From the NCBI GenBank assembly GCA_032718475.1, contig JAUCBJ010001035.1:1-36218 (forward strand): a stretch of DNA of 36,218 bases, read 5' to 3'. The DNA comes from Nemertoderma westbladi. Taxonomy: Eukaryota > Animalia > Xenacoelomorpha. Positions 26,501 through 36,218 of the stretch are shown in pieces (position 1 is the stretch's first letter; every line of letters begins with the position of its first letter). The notes beneath the pieces were generated by a model. That model was not told the origin of the DNA. It ran no database searches and saw only the letters and a program-made list of their open reading frames with translations. Made by a program: the position numbers and the translations under genes.

Positions 26501-27070
26501 GAGCGGTTTGGAATGGCTTGGGGAGGGAACCCAGTGAAGGAGGCGGTTGTTGGGGAGCGGTTTGGAATGGCTTGGGTAGGGAGCCCAGTAAAGGAGGCAG
26601 TTGTTGGGGAGCGGTTTGGAATGGCTTGGGTAGGGAGCCCAGTGAAGGAGGTTGTTGGGGATCGGTTTGGAATGGCTTGGGTAGGGAGCCCAGTGTGAAG
26701 GAGGCAGTTGTTGGGGAGCGGTTTTGAATGGCTTGGGGAGGGAACCCAGTGAAGGAGGCGGTTGATGGGGAGCGGTTTGGAATGGCTTGGGGGGGGAACC
26801 CAGTGAAGGAGGCGGTTGGTGGGGAGCGGTTTGGAATGGCTTGGGTAGGGAGCCCAGTAAAGGAGGCGGTTGTTGGGGAGCGGTTTGGAATGGCTTGGGT
26901 AGGGAGCCCAGTGAAGGAGGCAGTTGTTGGGGAGCGGTTTGGAATGGCTTGGGGAGGGAGCCCAGTGAAGGAGGCGGTTGTTGGGGAGCGGTTTGGAATG
27001 GCTTGGGTAGGGAGCCCAGTGAAGGAGGTTGTTGGGGATCGGTTTGGAATGGCTTGGGTAGGTAGCCCAC
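17532..27070. repeat. 54-bp G-rich minisatellite (~175 units; 51- and 56-bp variants) in S6K intron 4
   Basis: Consensus GTGAAGGAGGCGGTTGTTGGGGAGCGGTTTGGAATGGCTTGGGTAGGGAGCCCA; source of all long repetitive ORFs at 17449-27180. Confidence 0.99.
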
Positions 27071-27678
27071 CCAGGCAGGTAATGATCCTAAATTCGTGTT
27101 TTGTGACGGGACGGAAATTCAGAAACATTATACCCCACAGTACCTGTCTAGTGATATGGAATAATATTATCATATATTAGTAGCACCCATTGATGCCTAG
27201 TTATAATGACCAGTATACAATTCCAAAGTTGCTTGCTATGTTGTCTAAAGTGAAAAACAAAAATGTGACGGGACGGAATCACAAAACATGAGTAATAATT
27301 TGTCAAAAGTTTAATTCAATATTCTTGTGAATTGTCTGACTCTAATCTTCTGTCCCTTTCTAATTTGAATAATAGCCATATACTTTATCCAAAAAGTAAA
27401 AATGATCCAAATTTCCTATCATATTCTTAAAAATATAGTCATTTAGAAAACATTTACTCGCGTGACGGGACGGAAAAAATGACAAGATGATAAAAGGCCA
27501 TCAATATTATTTATATTTTGTAGTTTTGATGTTTATTTAAAATTGAATTATTTATTTAGGTTAGCAATTTATTACTTTAGATAATTCAGCTGCTTTTATT
27601 GACGTGGTGCACAATTAAAAACCAATAAAGTAGCCAAGACCTATATAACACCCTCACCACTACACTACAGAATCCACT

Positions 27679-27861
27679 TAGTGCTGTGAACTGAAACTAT
27701 TTTCTTTGGGAACTGAAACTGGAACCTAAATAAACAGCCTCATTCAAACTGAAACTAGAACCGAAATTGAAACCATTTTTTGGGAAATCGGAACTATAAT
27801 TCTAATAAACAGGTCTATTCGAACTGAAACTTGTCAAATAATGTTTTAGTTCTTAACACTA
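27679..27861. mobile_element. Small hAT-like MITE remnant nested in the Merlin-like element
   Basis: TAGTGCTGTGAACTGAAAC versus right-end reverse complement TAGTGTTAAGAACTAAAAC (15/19); internal AACTGAAACT repeats; no clear TSD. Confidence 0.4.
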
Positions 27862-28559
27862 CCTCCGCCGCCACCAATAACAACAAAGTACAAACCTCCT
27901 GTGATCCAATGTTTATTACAAACAAACATAATGTAGGCCTACAAAATTTAATTTTATTTGGCCTACCTAGCTGTTGATTTTGCTGAGATATGTTGACATT
28001 CAAAAATTGATCCAGACATATGAACAGACATACAGATGGACAGGGTAAATATTTGCCGTACTAAAACAAAAACTGTATGTTAACTTCTATTACGTATCAC
28101 AGACGTCGTTGCTCCATTGACTAGTAAAATATATATAAGTAAAATAGGAATGCCACGAACTCGTCGCCCGTGACGGGACGGAAATAATATAAAATTCCGT
28201 CCCGTCACGAACATGTTATTCAGGGTCCAGTACAAAACTACTTAACCATTGAGGCTCTAACTTGCTGAATATATAGTACATATATATGTTGTCTCAGAAC
28301 TTTGTACAGTTTCATATAAATTAAGTCTTTCATAGAAATGTAGCATTAATAATAGTCAACGAAAAAGTGACGGGACGGAAAATTACGCTTTGTTTTATAA
28401 TTTACAACCATCTACAATGGCATTGTATCAAACAGTATACCCCACAATGGACAACTTACTAGTGTACTAAGTTAACATAACATTGAATTCAAATTATTAT
28501 CTTCAAGACTGGGATTTTCCAGAAAATATGATTCTAAGATAATTAATAATTAATAATAA

Positions 28560-28852
28560 TGCACCCAACACGTAGAGAATTATATTGGAGAAACGGTAGG
28601 GCCCCTCCGCGAAAGGATTGACAGACATAAGAACTCCGTGAGGCAAGGGAATAAAAGGAAGCTATAGGGGAGCACTACTTAGATAAACACCCGGGGAATA
28701 CTAATTACACCAACCCATTTACAGTACTAATTAAGCGCATATGTAAAGACTGGACAGAACGTAAATTAGCGGAGAAATTCTATATTAAAAGAGACAGACC
28801 AACACTCAACACCCAATACCTAAAAGAACACGATGCGGGGTTGGGGTGGTGA
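28560..28852 (+). pseudogene. Frameshifted GIY-YIG endonuclease C-terminus (Penelope type)
   Basis: CTQHVENYIGETVGPLRERIDRHKNSVRQGNK, frameshift near 28655, then EAIGEHYLDKHPG...FTVLIKRICKDWTERKLAEKFYIKRDRPTLNTQY...GW*; shows YIGET, ER..H, EH, R...E and PTLN motifs. Missed by the ORF track. Confidence 0.9.
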
Positions 28853-29013
28853 AAATTAACTTTTATACAGTAGTTCCAGTTCCAATTATCGGGGGGGGGG
28901 GGGGGGGTAGGTGCAACCTAGATACCTACCGGTAGCAGTATTTTTGTCATTGGTGCAGTAGTTGTCAGTAGTATAATAGTTTCTAGTATCCTTACCGGTT
29001 AGACGCATAGTTG

Positions 29014-29057
29014 ATTACTGCTTGATAAAGGCCTGTTGGCTGAAATATAGCATTAGT
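29014..29057 (+). ncRNA. Minimal type I hammerhead ribozyme (U3-A8 variant core)
   Basis: Stem I ATTACTGC/GCATTAGT; core TTGATAA (29022-28); stem II GGCC-TGTT-GGCT; GAAA (29042-45); palindromic ATAT stem III; predicted cleavage after A29049; lies in a Penelope 3' region. Confidence 0.7.
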
Positions 29058-29311
29058 ATTATTATATACCGATTACGTGATATAGACCACATTCAACTTA
29101 TATAACCACGAAAATATGATTCCGTCCCGTCACGATAATTTCTTGAAATTCTCATCTTTCGAGTGGAATTTTTCAAAAACGGTACCAGTACTCGATTAAT
29201 CACTATCGAATCCATAAAATATAACAATGTGTTGCTACAAAAATAAACTCGGATATTTGTTAGCTCTTAAAAAAAATTGACCCCGGTGTTGACGAATTTA
29301 GGATCATTACC

Positions 29312-29482
29312 CCCAGTGAAGAAGGCGGTTGTTGAGGAGCGGTTTGGAATGGCTTGGGGAGGGAGCTCAGCGAAGGAGGAAGTTGGGGATCGGTTTGGAA
29401 TGGCTTGGAGAGGGAGCTCAGTGAAGGAGGTTGTTGTTGGGGAGTGGTTTGGAATGGCTTGGAGAGGGAGCTCAGAGAAGGA
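29312..29482. repeat. Three diverged terminal units of the 54-bp minisatellite
   Basis: Same unit with more substitutions, grading into unique GC-rich sequence. Confidence 0.95.
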
Positions 29483-30072
29483 GAAGGGTTTTCCTCGGGA
29501 GGGTCAACACCTTTGGGAGGCAGGGGACGGATTTGCTTTTAGGGCGTGCCGGCAGGGGCACTGCTGACAGCAAATTGCTTCCAAGGAAGGGTGGAGCGAG
29601 AAAACCCTGGAATCGTTCTTGGGTGGATCAAGGCTCGACTGTCAATAGCTCTAGTGCGGGTGGTAGGTCTGTGCCCCAGGGGAGGGCGACGGTCATGGCG
29701 GCTGTTTAGACTGAAGGATGATGAAGAACCGGAACAATGACTGCAATATCGAAAACCCAGTATCGTAATCAATTATTATTTGACTAATCATACTGCTGGT
29801 GCATTTATAATTAGATTTTATGAATAAATAGTTGATTCATTGCCATGAAAGCTGGACTTTCGGCTGAAATAAAGAATAGAATACTATCAGTAAGATGTTT
29901 TATAAAAACCATCAAATTACTTACCACAATCAAATCATTGAGTCAGTTCCAACAAGGGTCCGAGCATCGAATCTGAGATACTCAACTCAATACCAACCAA
30001 AATCAACATCAAGACGTTGGAACATCTTTAGCACAAACTCTTCATAATCCAACCATCCCGCCTTCAATGTCT
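29312..30072 (-). pseudogene. Putative decayed antisense spliced gene (exon 30072-29925; exon from 29740 running into the 54-bp repeat)
   Basis: Minus-strand acceptor TTTATATTCTAG|, donor TG|GTAAGT and acceptor TTTTCGATATTGCAG|; the phase-2 junction gives one frame running into the SLPKPFQTAPQQPPPSL repeats, but with three in-frame stops. Confidence 0.4.
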
Positions 30073-30231
30073 CTAGAATATAAATCGAATAAAAGTATAA
30101 CTTATTAATTAACCAAATTAGCATTGAAATTAAATTAAATAATAGGTAAGGTACCGGTGGCACGAAATACAATTCATACAAGAAGGATGGGTTAGGTAGG
30201 TATGGTAATAGGGTAGGCCTAGCCCAATCGT

Positions 30232-30475
30232 ATTTCACTACAAATATTACTTCTAATAGGCCTACTGCACTGAATCCAAAATGTGCTCATTGATACCTCA
30301 ATTATGGATTTAGTGGGGGTAGACACCTTCAAAGTTAGAGTAGAGTGATTATTATATTGAGATATTGCCGAAAATGTTTGGGTTGGCTTCAATGGTCACG
30401 ATTGAGGTTAAAATTTTGAGATGAGACACATTTTGGATTCAGTGCAGTAATTGTAAGTAATATTTGTAGTGAAAT
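30232..30475. mobile_element. ~244-bp MITE / inverted repeat
   Basis: ATTTCACTACAAATATTACTT...TACTGCACTGAATCCAAAATGTG and its reverse complement at ~30428-30475. Confidence 0.75.
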
Positions 30476-33405
30476 GCATCATCTCACATAGACGCGTCTA
30501 TATTTTGTGCCGACGACTGAATCCTTTTGTAGAATATCTCGAGAAATAATCACGCTACTTTCATTTTTAAGGTGACTTGGCTACCCCCACTATATCGATT
30601 ATTGCGGTTCGAATAGTATAAGATATTTGCAATAGGAGTAACAGAAGTTGGTAATACCGGTAACCAAAATGGCTGATATGGGGTAGTCGCGATAGGCCCT
30701 AAGTGTAGATTGAGTACAAAAATGTTACCACATGGCACATGCCGGCTCGTTCTGTAACTGAAATAATATTACTGTATTAGGCCCTACCAAATCAACCAAA
30801 AGCAATACAATTATGTAATTCTGTAATTAAATTATATAATTAAGAAATAATAATAACCTGGGCCTGAGAGACGTGCAATATAACGGTATATCAAATCCAT
30901 CATTATTTATAATCATAATATTATTCTGCATTCTGAAATCTGATAAAAATTACCGTGTAGTTCCCAACCCAAGCCATTCCAGTATCCCCCCACCCACACA
31001 ACCACAGACGATACCCAACAGCCAGACAGCCCAATGGCTGAATGTATTGAAAATTACATTTGGTACAAAAAAAATACAGAAAAACTTACGTACCAGCTGA
31101 CTGGTACTAGTTCAGTTCGGTACCCTAGTACTGTAGATGTTGATTTGCCCTGCCAGTGTCAGAGTGTAGCAGCATTTGCGTTAACACGACGACTGGATGA
31201 AGCTGCCAGCCTATCACAATCAGTCGGGCACTTTTGCAAATTTGGCATTAGTCCACCAAATTTGTATTTTTTGATGCCAAATTTAAACTAAGTCCAAATT
31301 TGTACTTGTGGGACAATTTGTACTTCCTATTGCGGGATATATTTCTATCAGAACGGAATAGCTGTTACCAAAACCAATACGGTACCGGTACCGGTACTTG
31401 ATTTCATATTCTTGTTAATCACCCACTGGCCACTGCACTACCTGACTACTGCCGGTAGAAACCATTGGCATCTAAATAGATTGTAATGGTGTACTTGGTT
31501 TGTGTCTGATTGATAAATAATGCCAGTACAGCAGTAAGAAAATGTTAGTAAATCGTCGCTCGAACTTTCAGGCGACGATTTTGTGGTACCTCCTGAAAGA
31601 TTCACCATATATATATATAGATATTTAATAATATCAACTTAAGATAAATATTAATTAGTCAGCAGATTTAGTAAAAAACCTAGGGCCTATTTAATTAATA
31701 TTTCACTATTATTTAAAATATTATACCCTGATACCGGTACCCGGTAGTTTAAAAATTACAGTTTTAAAAAGTTGGTGCCCACTTTCGGGAATGCCCAAAT
31801 TCGGGTGTAGACGGTAGTAGTAAACTTCGTATCTTTACACATCTGAACTAGTTATACTACTGTACTACTCTTCCGGTACTATTGCAGTATTGAATAACAA
31901 AATAATAATAGGCCTTCGCCTTACTGCATACTGCCTTAGGCTTATACAACCACGGGACGTTCCTGTTTGGGGGCCTCCATTTTGAATTTTTGTTAATGTC
32001 ATTTTACCAGTTCCCATGGCAAACCATTTTTGTATTTTAGGTCAATTTACCGCTTCCTAGAGGAAACCACTTAGAAATTTCGACTTCCTATAACAAAATA
32101 CTTAGAACGTTAACTTATACTGTTATAATTTTGATTCAAAATATACTGCTCCCAACTGCCCAAACCCCTAGGCCTACCTATTTAGTTAGAGCGCTACCGC
32201 CCCTAACACAATACTTGATTAGCATACATTGCACTGCTGCACTGTAATATTGCATAATTATCTAATTAACTGAAACTGCTAATTCTCTATTAATAAATGC
32301 CAGTAATTGATTTATTATTGTACAAAAATGCCACAATTCCTAAAAATATGCACTGTAATACAGTAATATAATAATCATTAATCTGATAATTGCTTAATAA
32401 TAATTTGACTTAAAAAAACGTAGGCCTACTAAAAAATGATCGATTAATTAAAAATTACTTAGGCCTATAGCTATAGGCCTACTTATAAATTAGGTACATA
32501 ACCTAATTGAGCATAAAATGATAAATTGTTATGTTTTAGGTAAATAACTAACTAAAAAAACTATTAGCAGATTAGTAAAAATTTATTAATTATTAATAAC
32601 ATAAATAATACTTCTGTACTTAGTACTGTATAAAACACCACAGCAAACTACTGAATTACTGCAAAGTAATTCACAACATAATTATATCTGTATATTGTAA
32701 AGTTATATTATTTAAAAAGTACGAAATTAACTAAAAATTATAATTAATATATACATGCAACAAGTATGGCAGTATGGGCCACAATTCCAACTAAACCTAG
32801 GCTATACTGTGATACTGCTATATCAGTATATGGGAACAATTGCAATTTTACTTTCTCGTTCGCGTCATCCCGAATCATTACCATCGAGCAACGACAACAT
32901 GTGGGGGTGTTTCCGGGACCGAGACTTATCCACCACTGAAAGACGGCTGCAGGCAGATCGCAGATGACAGGATGACATCCGCCCAAATGTCTGCCTGTCT
33001 GCTAATCGTAAATCGTTCAGGCACTTAAACTGGCATTCTTCCCCTCTTACAGTACCGTAGGTAACAGTTGACAGTTTGCAGTAGCTAACGGTAGTGCGGT
33101 TGTCTTGTTCTGGCAGGGCGGTACTCCCTGACTCCGGTACTACTGACAGTCAGACAGTACAGCAGTAGGCCTAGTCATATTACGAAATAAGTCAAGTATT
33201 TTCTAGATATTTTCTAGGCCTATATTTTATATAGGCCTAGCTATTTTCACGTGCTGCACGAAGGGCACATCGTCCTCTGCTGCAGCCGTAAAATTCAGAA
33301 ATTTATACCACATTAAATACAAGACCTGGCGCTGGCAGCCTGGGGTGTCTGTCTGTAGATTTTCCGGCAAATTGAAGGAAAATTAAGGAAATGGTGCACA
33401 TTCAG

Positions 33406-34850
33406 ACAAGTCCCTAAAAGGTGCCACCCTGCTCCATAGCGCGGAAAATTAAAATGATTGAAATACATGGAATTTGTACTGGAAAGGGTGGCAGATCACA
33501 TCTGCCACCTATATTTTGGCGGTAAATTCAAAACTGTTTTAACATTGAATACATGAATAGAGTAAGACTAATGTAATTCATTGAATCAGAATAAATAATT
33601 TTTTATCGGTTTAATTCACTCATCCGTTATTGTTGTTGTTTTATCTACTGTATTCTGGGACTTCGAGCAGCCAGCATATGAACAACTAAACTGGCTTGTT
33701 ACCTAGTCTGGGACTTCGAGCAGCACGTGAACAACTAAACCAGCATGTTAACTAGTATGGGGTTCAAGCAGCACATGAACAACTAAGCTGACTGTTTAAC
33801 AAGTCCGGAACTTCGAGCAGCACGTGAACAATTAAGCTGCGACTGGTTAACTATTCTGGTACTTGTCTGGGACAGTGACAGATATAGCAGTATAGGCATT
33901 ATACACGTATTGTTATTACAGTAGGTATCTGCGATATATTTTACTATCAGTTCCCTGTTGTATGTACAGCTGTATATATTTATTATGAATAATTACACTA
34001 CGCAATATTTCGTAGTAGGCCTAAATAAGATAATATGTATGTAGGCCTACTTCACATGCAGTAGCTACTACACTACAGTAAGAAGTTTACAGTATGAAGT
34101 CTACTGCTCTAGCTCCTTGACCTTTTAGTACGTACCCACGTACATAATGTAGCACACTGTGTACAGTTTGTAATGGATATATGATATTCTGTAATTAGAA
34201 TATACCGCCAAAAATATATCAATTCACTGCGCCTTTCTATCCTATCATCATTTATCTACTTGAAATCTACTATTAATTTACTGTATACTGGTATAAGTGT
34301 ATAATTGTTATAATTATAATGTTCTGATGTAATTATAAGTGATACAAGCTGACACGCAAATAATAAATGTCCTTTACATTTTACTGATAGAAGTTAAGCC
34401 AAATCCACCGAACCCCCACCTCAATTTGCAATTTTGCTCGAAGTCCCAGACTAGTTAACCAGTCAGCTTAGTTGTTCACGCGCTGCTCGAAGTCCCAGAC
34501 TATAGGTAACCAGCCAGTTTAGTTGTTCATGTGCTGCTCTAAGCCCCAGACTACTGGACTAGTTAACGTGCTGGTTTAGTTGTTCACGTGCTGCTCGAAG
34601 TCCCAGAATAGATAAAACAACAACAATAACGGATGAGTGAGTTAAACCGATAAGAAATAATTTATTCTGATTCAATGAATTACATTAGTCTTACTCTATT
34701 CATGTATTCAATGTTAAAACCGATTTGAATTTACCGCCAAAATATAGGTGGCAGATCTGATCTGCCACCCTTTCCAGTACAAATTACATGTCTTTCATTC
34801 AATTGAATTTCCCGCGCTATGGAGCATGGTGGCACCTTTTAGGGACTTGT
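33406..34850. mobile_element. 1.45-kb foldback element with ~420-450-bp TIRs containing ~50-bp tandem subrepeats (MULE/FB-like)
   Basis: ACAAGTCCCTAAAAGGTGCCACC... and its reverse complement ending at 34850; CACATTCAG duplicated at 33397-405 and 34851-59 (9-bp TSD, or 7 bp if the termini are GAC/GTC); repeated GACTTCGAGCAGCACGTGAACAACTAA units at the inner TIR ends. Confidence 0.82.
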
Positions 34851-35676
34851 CACATTCAGACATTTGAAAACCGGCAAAAATTGACTTTTCGAGAAAAAAG
34901 CCATACAGCCATAACATGCATAAACTCATGATTTTCAATCATGCTGCTCGAAGGGGAAAATCCAGAAATCACCCGAATTTAAAAATAATTTTTTTCTATG
35001 AAGTTACACATACAGACAGACATAGGCCTAGGTTTTAGAGAGTGTATGTGTGAAATTTGAGACAAAGCGGTGAATCGGTCCAAAAATAGCCACTGCAGCA
35101 CTGGGGAAAGTGTTTGTCACTGTCTGACGGTGCCTCAAACAGTCAAATGTGATAGAACCAGGATGGACTGATGGAGGCCCCCAAACCTGCAAACTGCAAA
35201 CAGGAATGAGCCAAAACCACTTATTCCCCAAAAATACCAATAATCTGATAATAATCAGATATGGCAGTATGGCAGTATATGGCAGTATGGTACCGGTAGT
35301 TACTAGTTAGGTAGGCCTAGGCCCACAGTCGGGGAGAAGTTCAAATTTCAACTGAGTTGAAATTTAAAACTTTTTTTTTTAATTCAACTTTTAAGTTGTA
35401 AATTCAACTCTAAAATGGCAGGAGGCCCAGAAGGGCCCCAAGACGTTACAGAAGGGGGGGGGGGTGTTTTTAATGTTTTTATGGGTGTATCTCGAAAAAT
35501 CAACCCTCCATTACCGATGGAATAAAAACTTTCACCGTCGGGATTACATTTTTTAAAAACATTTTAAGTGATTACATTTGCAAATTAGCTGAAATACTAC
35601 AGGAATTTATTAGATGTATTAAATTACTACCGCTAGGCCTATACAGCTATGTGTCATAATTATTATACAATGGAAT

Positions 35677-35776
35677 TAGGGATCGGCCGAATTATTCGGT
35701 TCGGTACCGAATTTTGCCGAATATGGCATATTCGGTTCCGGCCGAATTGTAAAATTTGAGTTGACGAATATTCGGC
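35677..35776 (+). mobile_element. hAT-like element end with CCGAAT/ATTCGG subterminal repeats
   Basis: TAGGGATCGGCCGAATTATTCGG followed by multiple CCGAAT/ATTCGG motifs; partner end not seen. Confidence 0.45.
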
Positions 35777-36063
35777 ACAAATTGCAAATTACTACTGTAG
35801 AAGCAATATCAGAACATCTGAACATAGCTGCATGCATAGGCCTAGCTGTAAGAAATTTAACAGGTGAGGGTGTTGTTAGTTGTTAGTTCTAAAGTACTGT
35901 ACTTTTTAGTTCCAAACCGGATACGTCAGTACGTCATTAGTTCCAATGTGGGCGTCAATAGTTTTAACAGTTTTAGTTCCAATGGAATAGTCTCTTAGTT
36001 CTCTTCACCGTAATCGCGTCATTGGTTCCAATGGAATACAGTCCCGCTCTCAAAAAGCATTCC

Positions 36064-36107
36064 TTTGATCAAACTTTGATCAAACATTGATCAAGGTTTG
36101 ATCAAAA
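36064..36107. repeat. Four ~11-bp units of palindromic TTGATCAA
   Basis: TTTGATCAAAC TTTGATCAAAC ATTGATCAAGG TTTGATCAAAA read directly. Confidence 0.75.
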
Positions 36108-36218
36108 TGTATCATAGAGTAGCATTTAAAGTAGCATTGACATTGAAATGACATTGATTGTACGCGCTTTTATAGACCTTCAGCAGTTTAACCTGCCGAA
36201 ATTTATATGTCTTTATTG

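Larger units (their letters stand above)
28535..29109 (+). mobile_element. 5'-truncated Penelope-like retroelement
   Basis: 13-bp TSD GAAAATATGATTC (28522-34 and 29110-22); GIY-YIG remnant followed by a 3' region containing a hammerhead motif. Confidence 0.88.
27078..29311. mobile_element. Merlin-like non-autonomous DNA transposon inserted into the 54-bp array
   Basis: Perfect 20-bp TIRs GGTAATGATCCTAAATTCGT (27078-97) / ACGAATTTAGGATCATTACC (29292-311); flanks CCCAGGCA and CCCAGTGA form a degenerate 8-bp TSD (6/8); the array resumes at 29312. GGNRM termini with an 8-bp TSD fit Merlin. Confidence 0.7.

Noticed and set aside
29838-29880. Second hammerhead-like motif (...CGGCTGAAATAAAG)
   Set aside because: No recognisable CUGANGA-type core, stem I or palindromic stem III.
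29925-30072. PH domain or selenoprotein reading of the antisense exon (TLKAGWL; two in-frame TGA)
   Set aside because: Similarity is limited to a few residues, a TAA follows in the same frame, and no SECIS was identified; decay is the simpler explanation.
27070-36218. S6K exon 5 (expected FYL.EI...HLH onward)
   Set aside because: No matching exon found by eye; presumed beyond the window, though tBLASTn is needed to exclude a missed exon.

Overview
AT-rich eukaryotic DNA, probably from an invertebrate animal (inference). The one clearly recognisable gene is the 5' part of a p70 ribosomal S6 kinase (RPS6KB/S6K) on the + strand. It has four phase-compatible exons (7029-7091, 11747-11778, 12115-12298, 17197-17402), and intron 4 appears to run past the window end. 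Most of the rest is repetitive. Upstream lie a 3.15-kb Sola2-like foldback palindrome and a CpG-rich MITE. Intron 1 holds several nested non-autonomous DNA transposons, intron 3 a 3.56-kb 14-bp minisatellite, and intron 4 a ~9.5-kb G-rich 54-bp minisatellite. The 54-bp array appears to continue a decayed, spliced antisense gene (Pro/Gln-rich repeat frame). It is split by a Merlin-like element, which carries a 5'-truncated Penelope-like retroelement (GIY-YIG remnant, 13-bp TSD) with a minimal type I hammerhead ribozyme. Nearly all long ORFs in the ORF track are by-products of the repeats. TE superfamily calls rest only on termini and TSDs read by eye; no searches were run.
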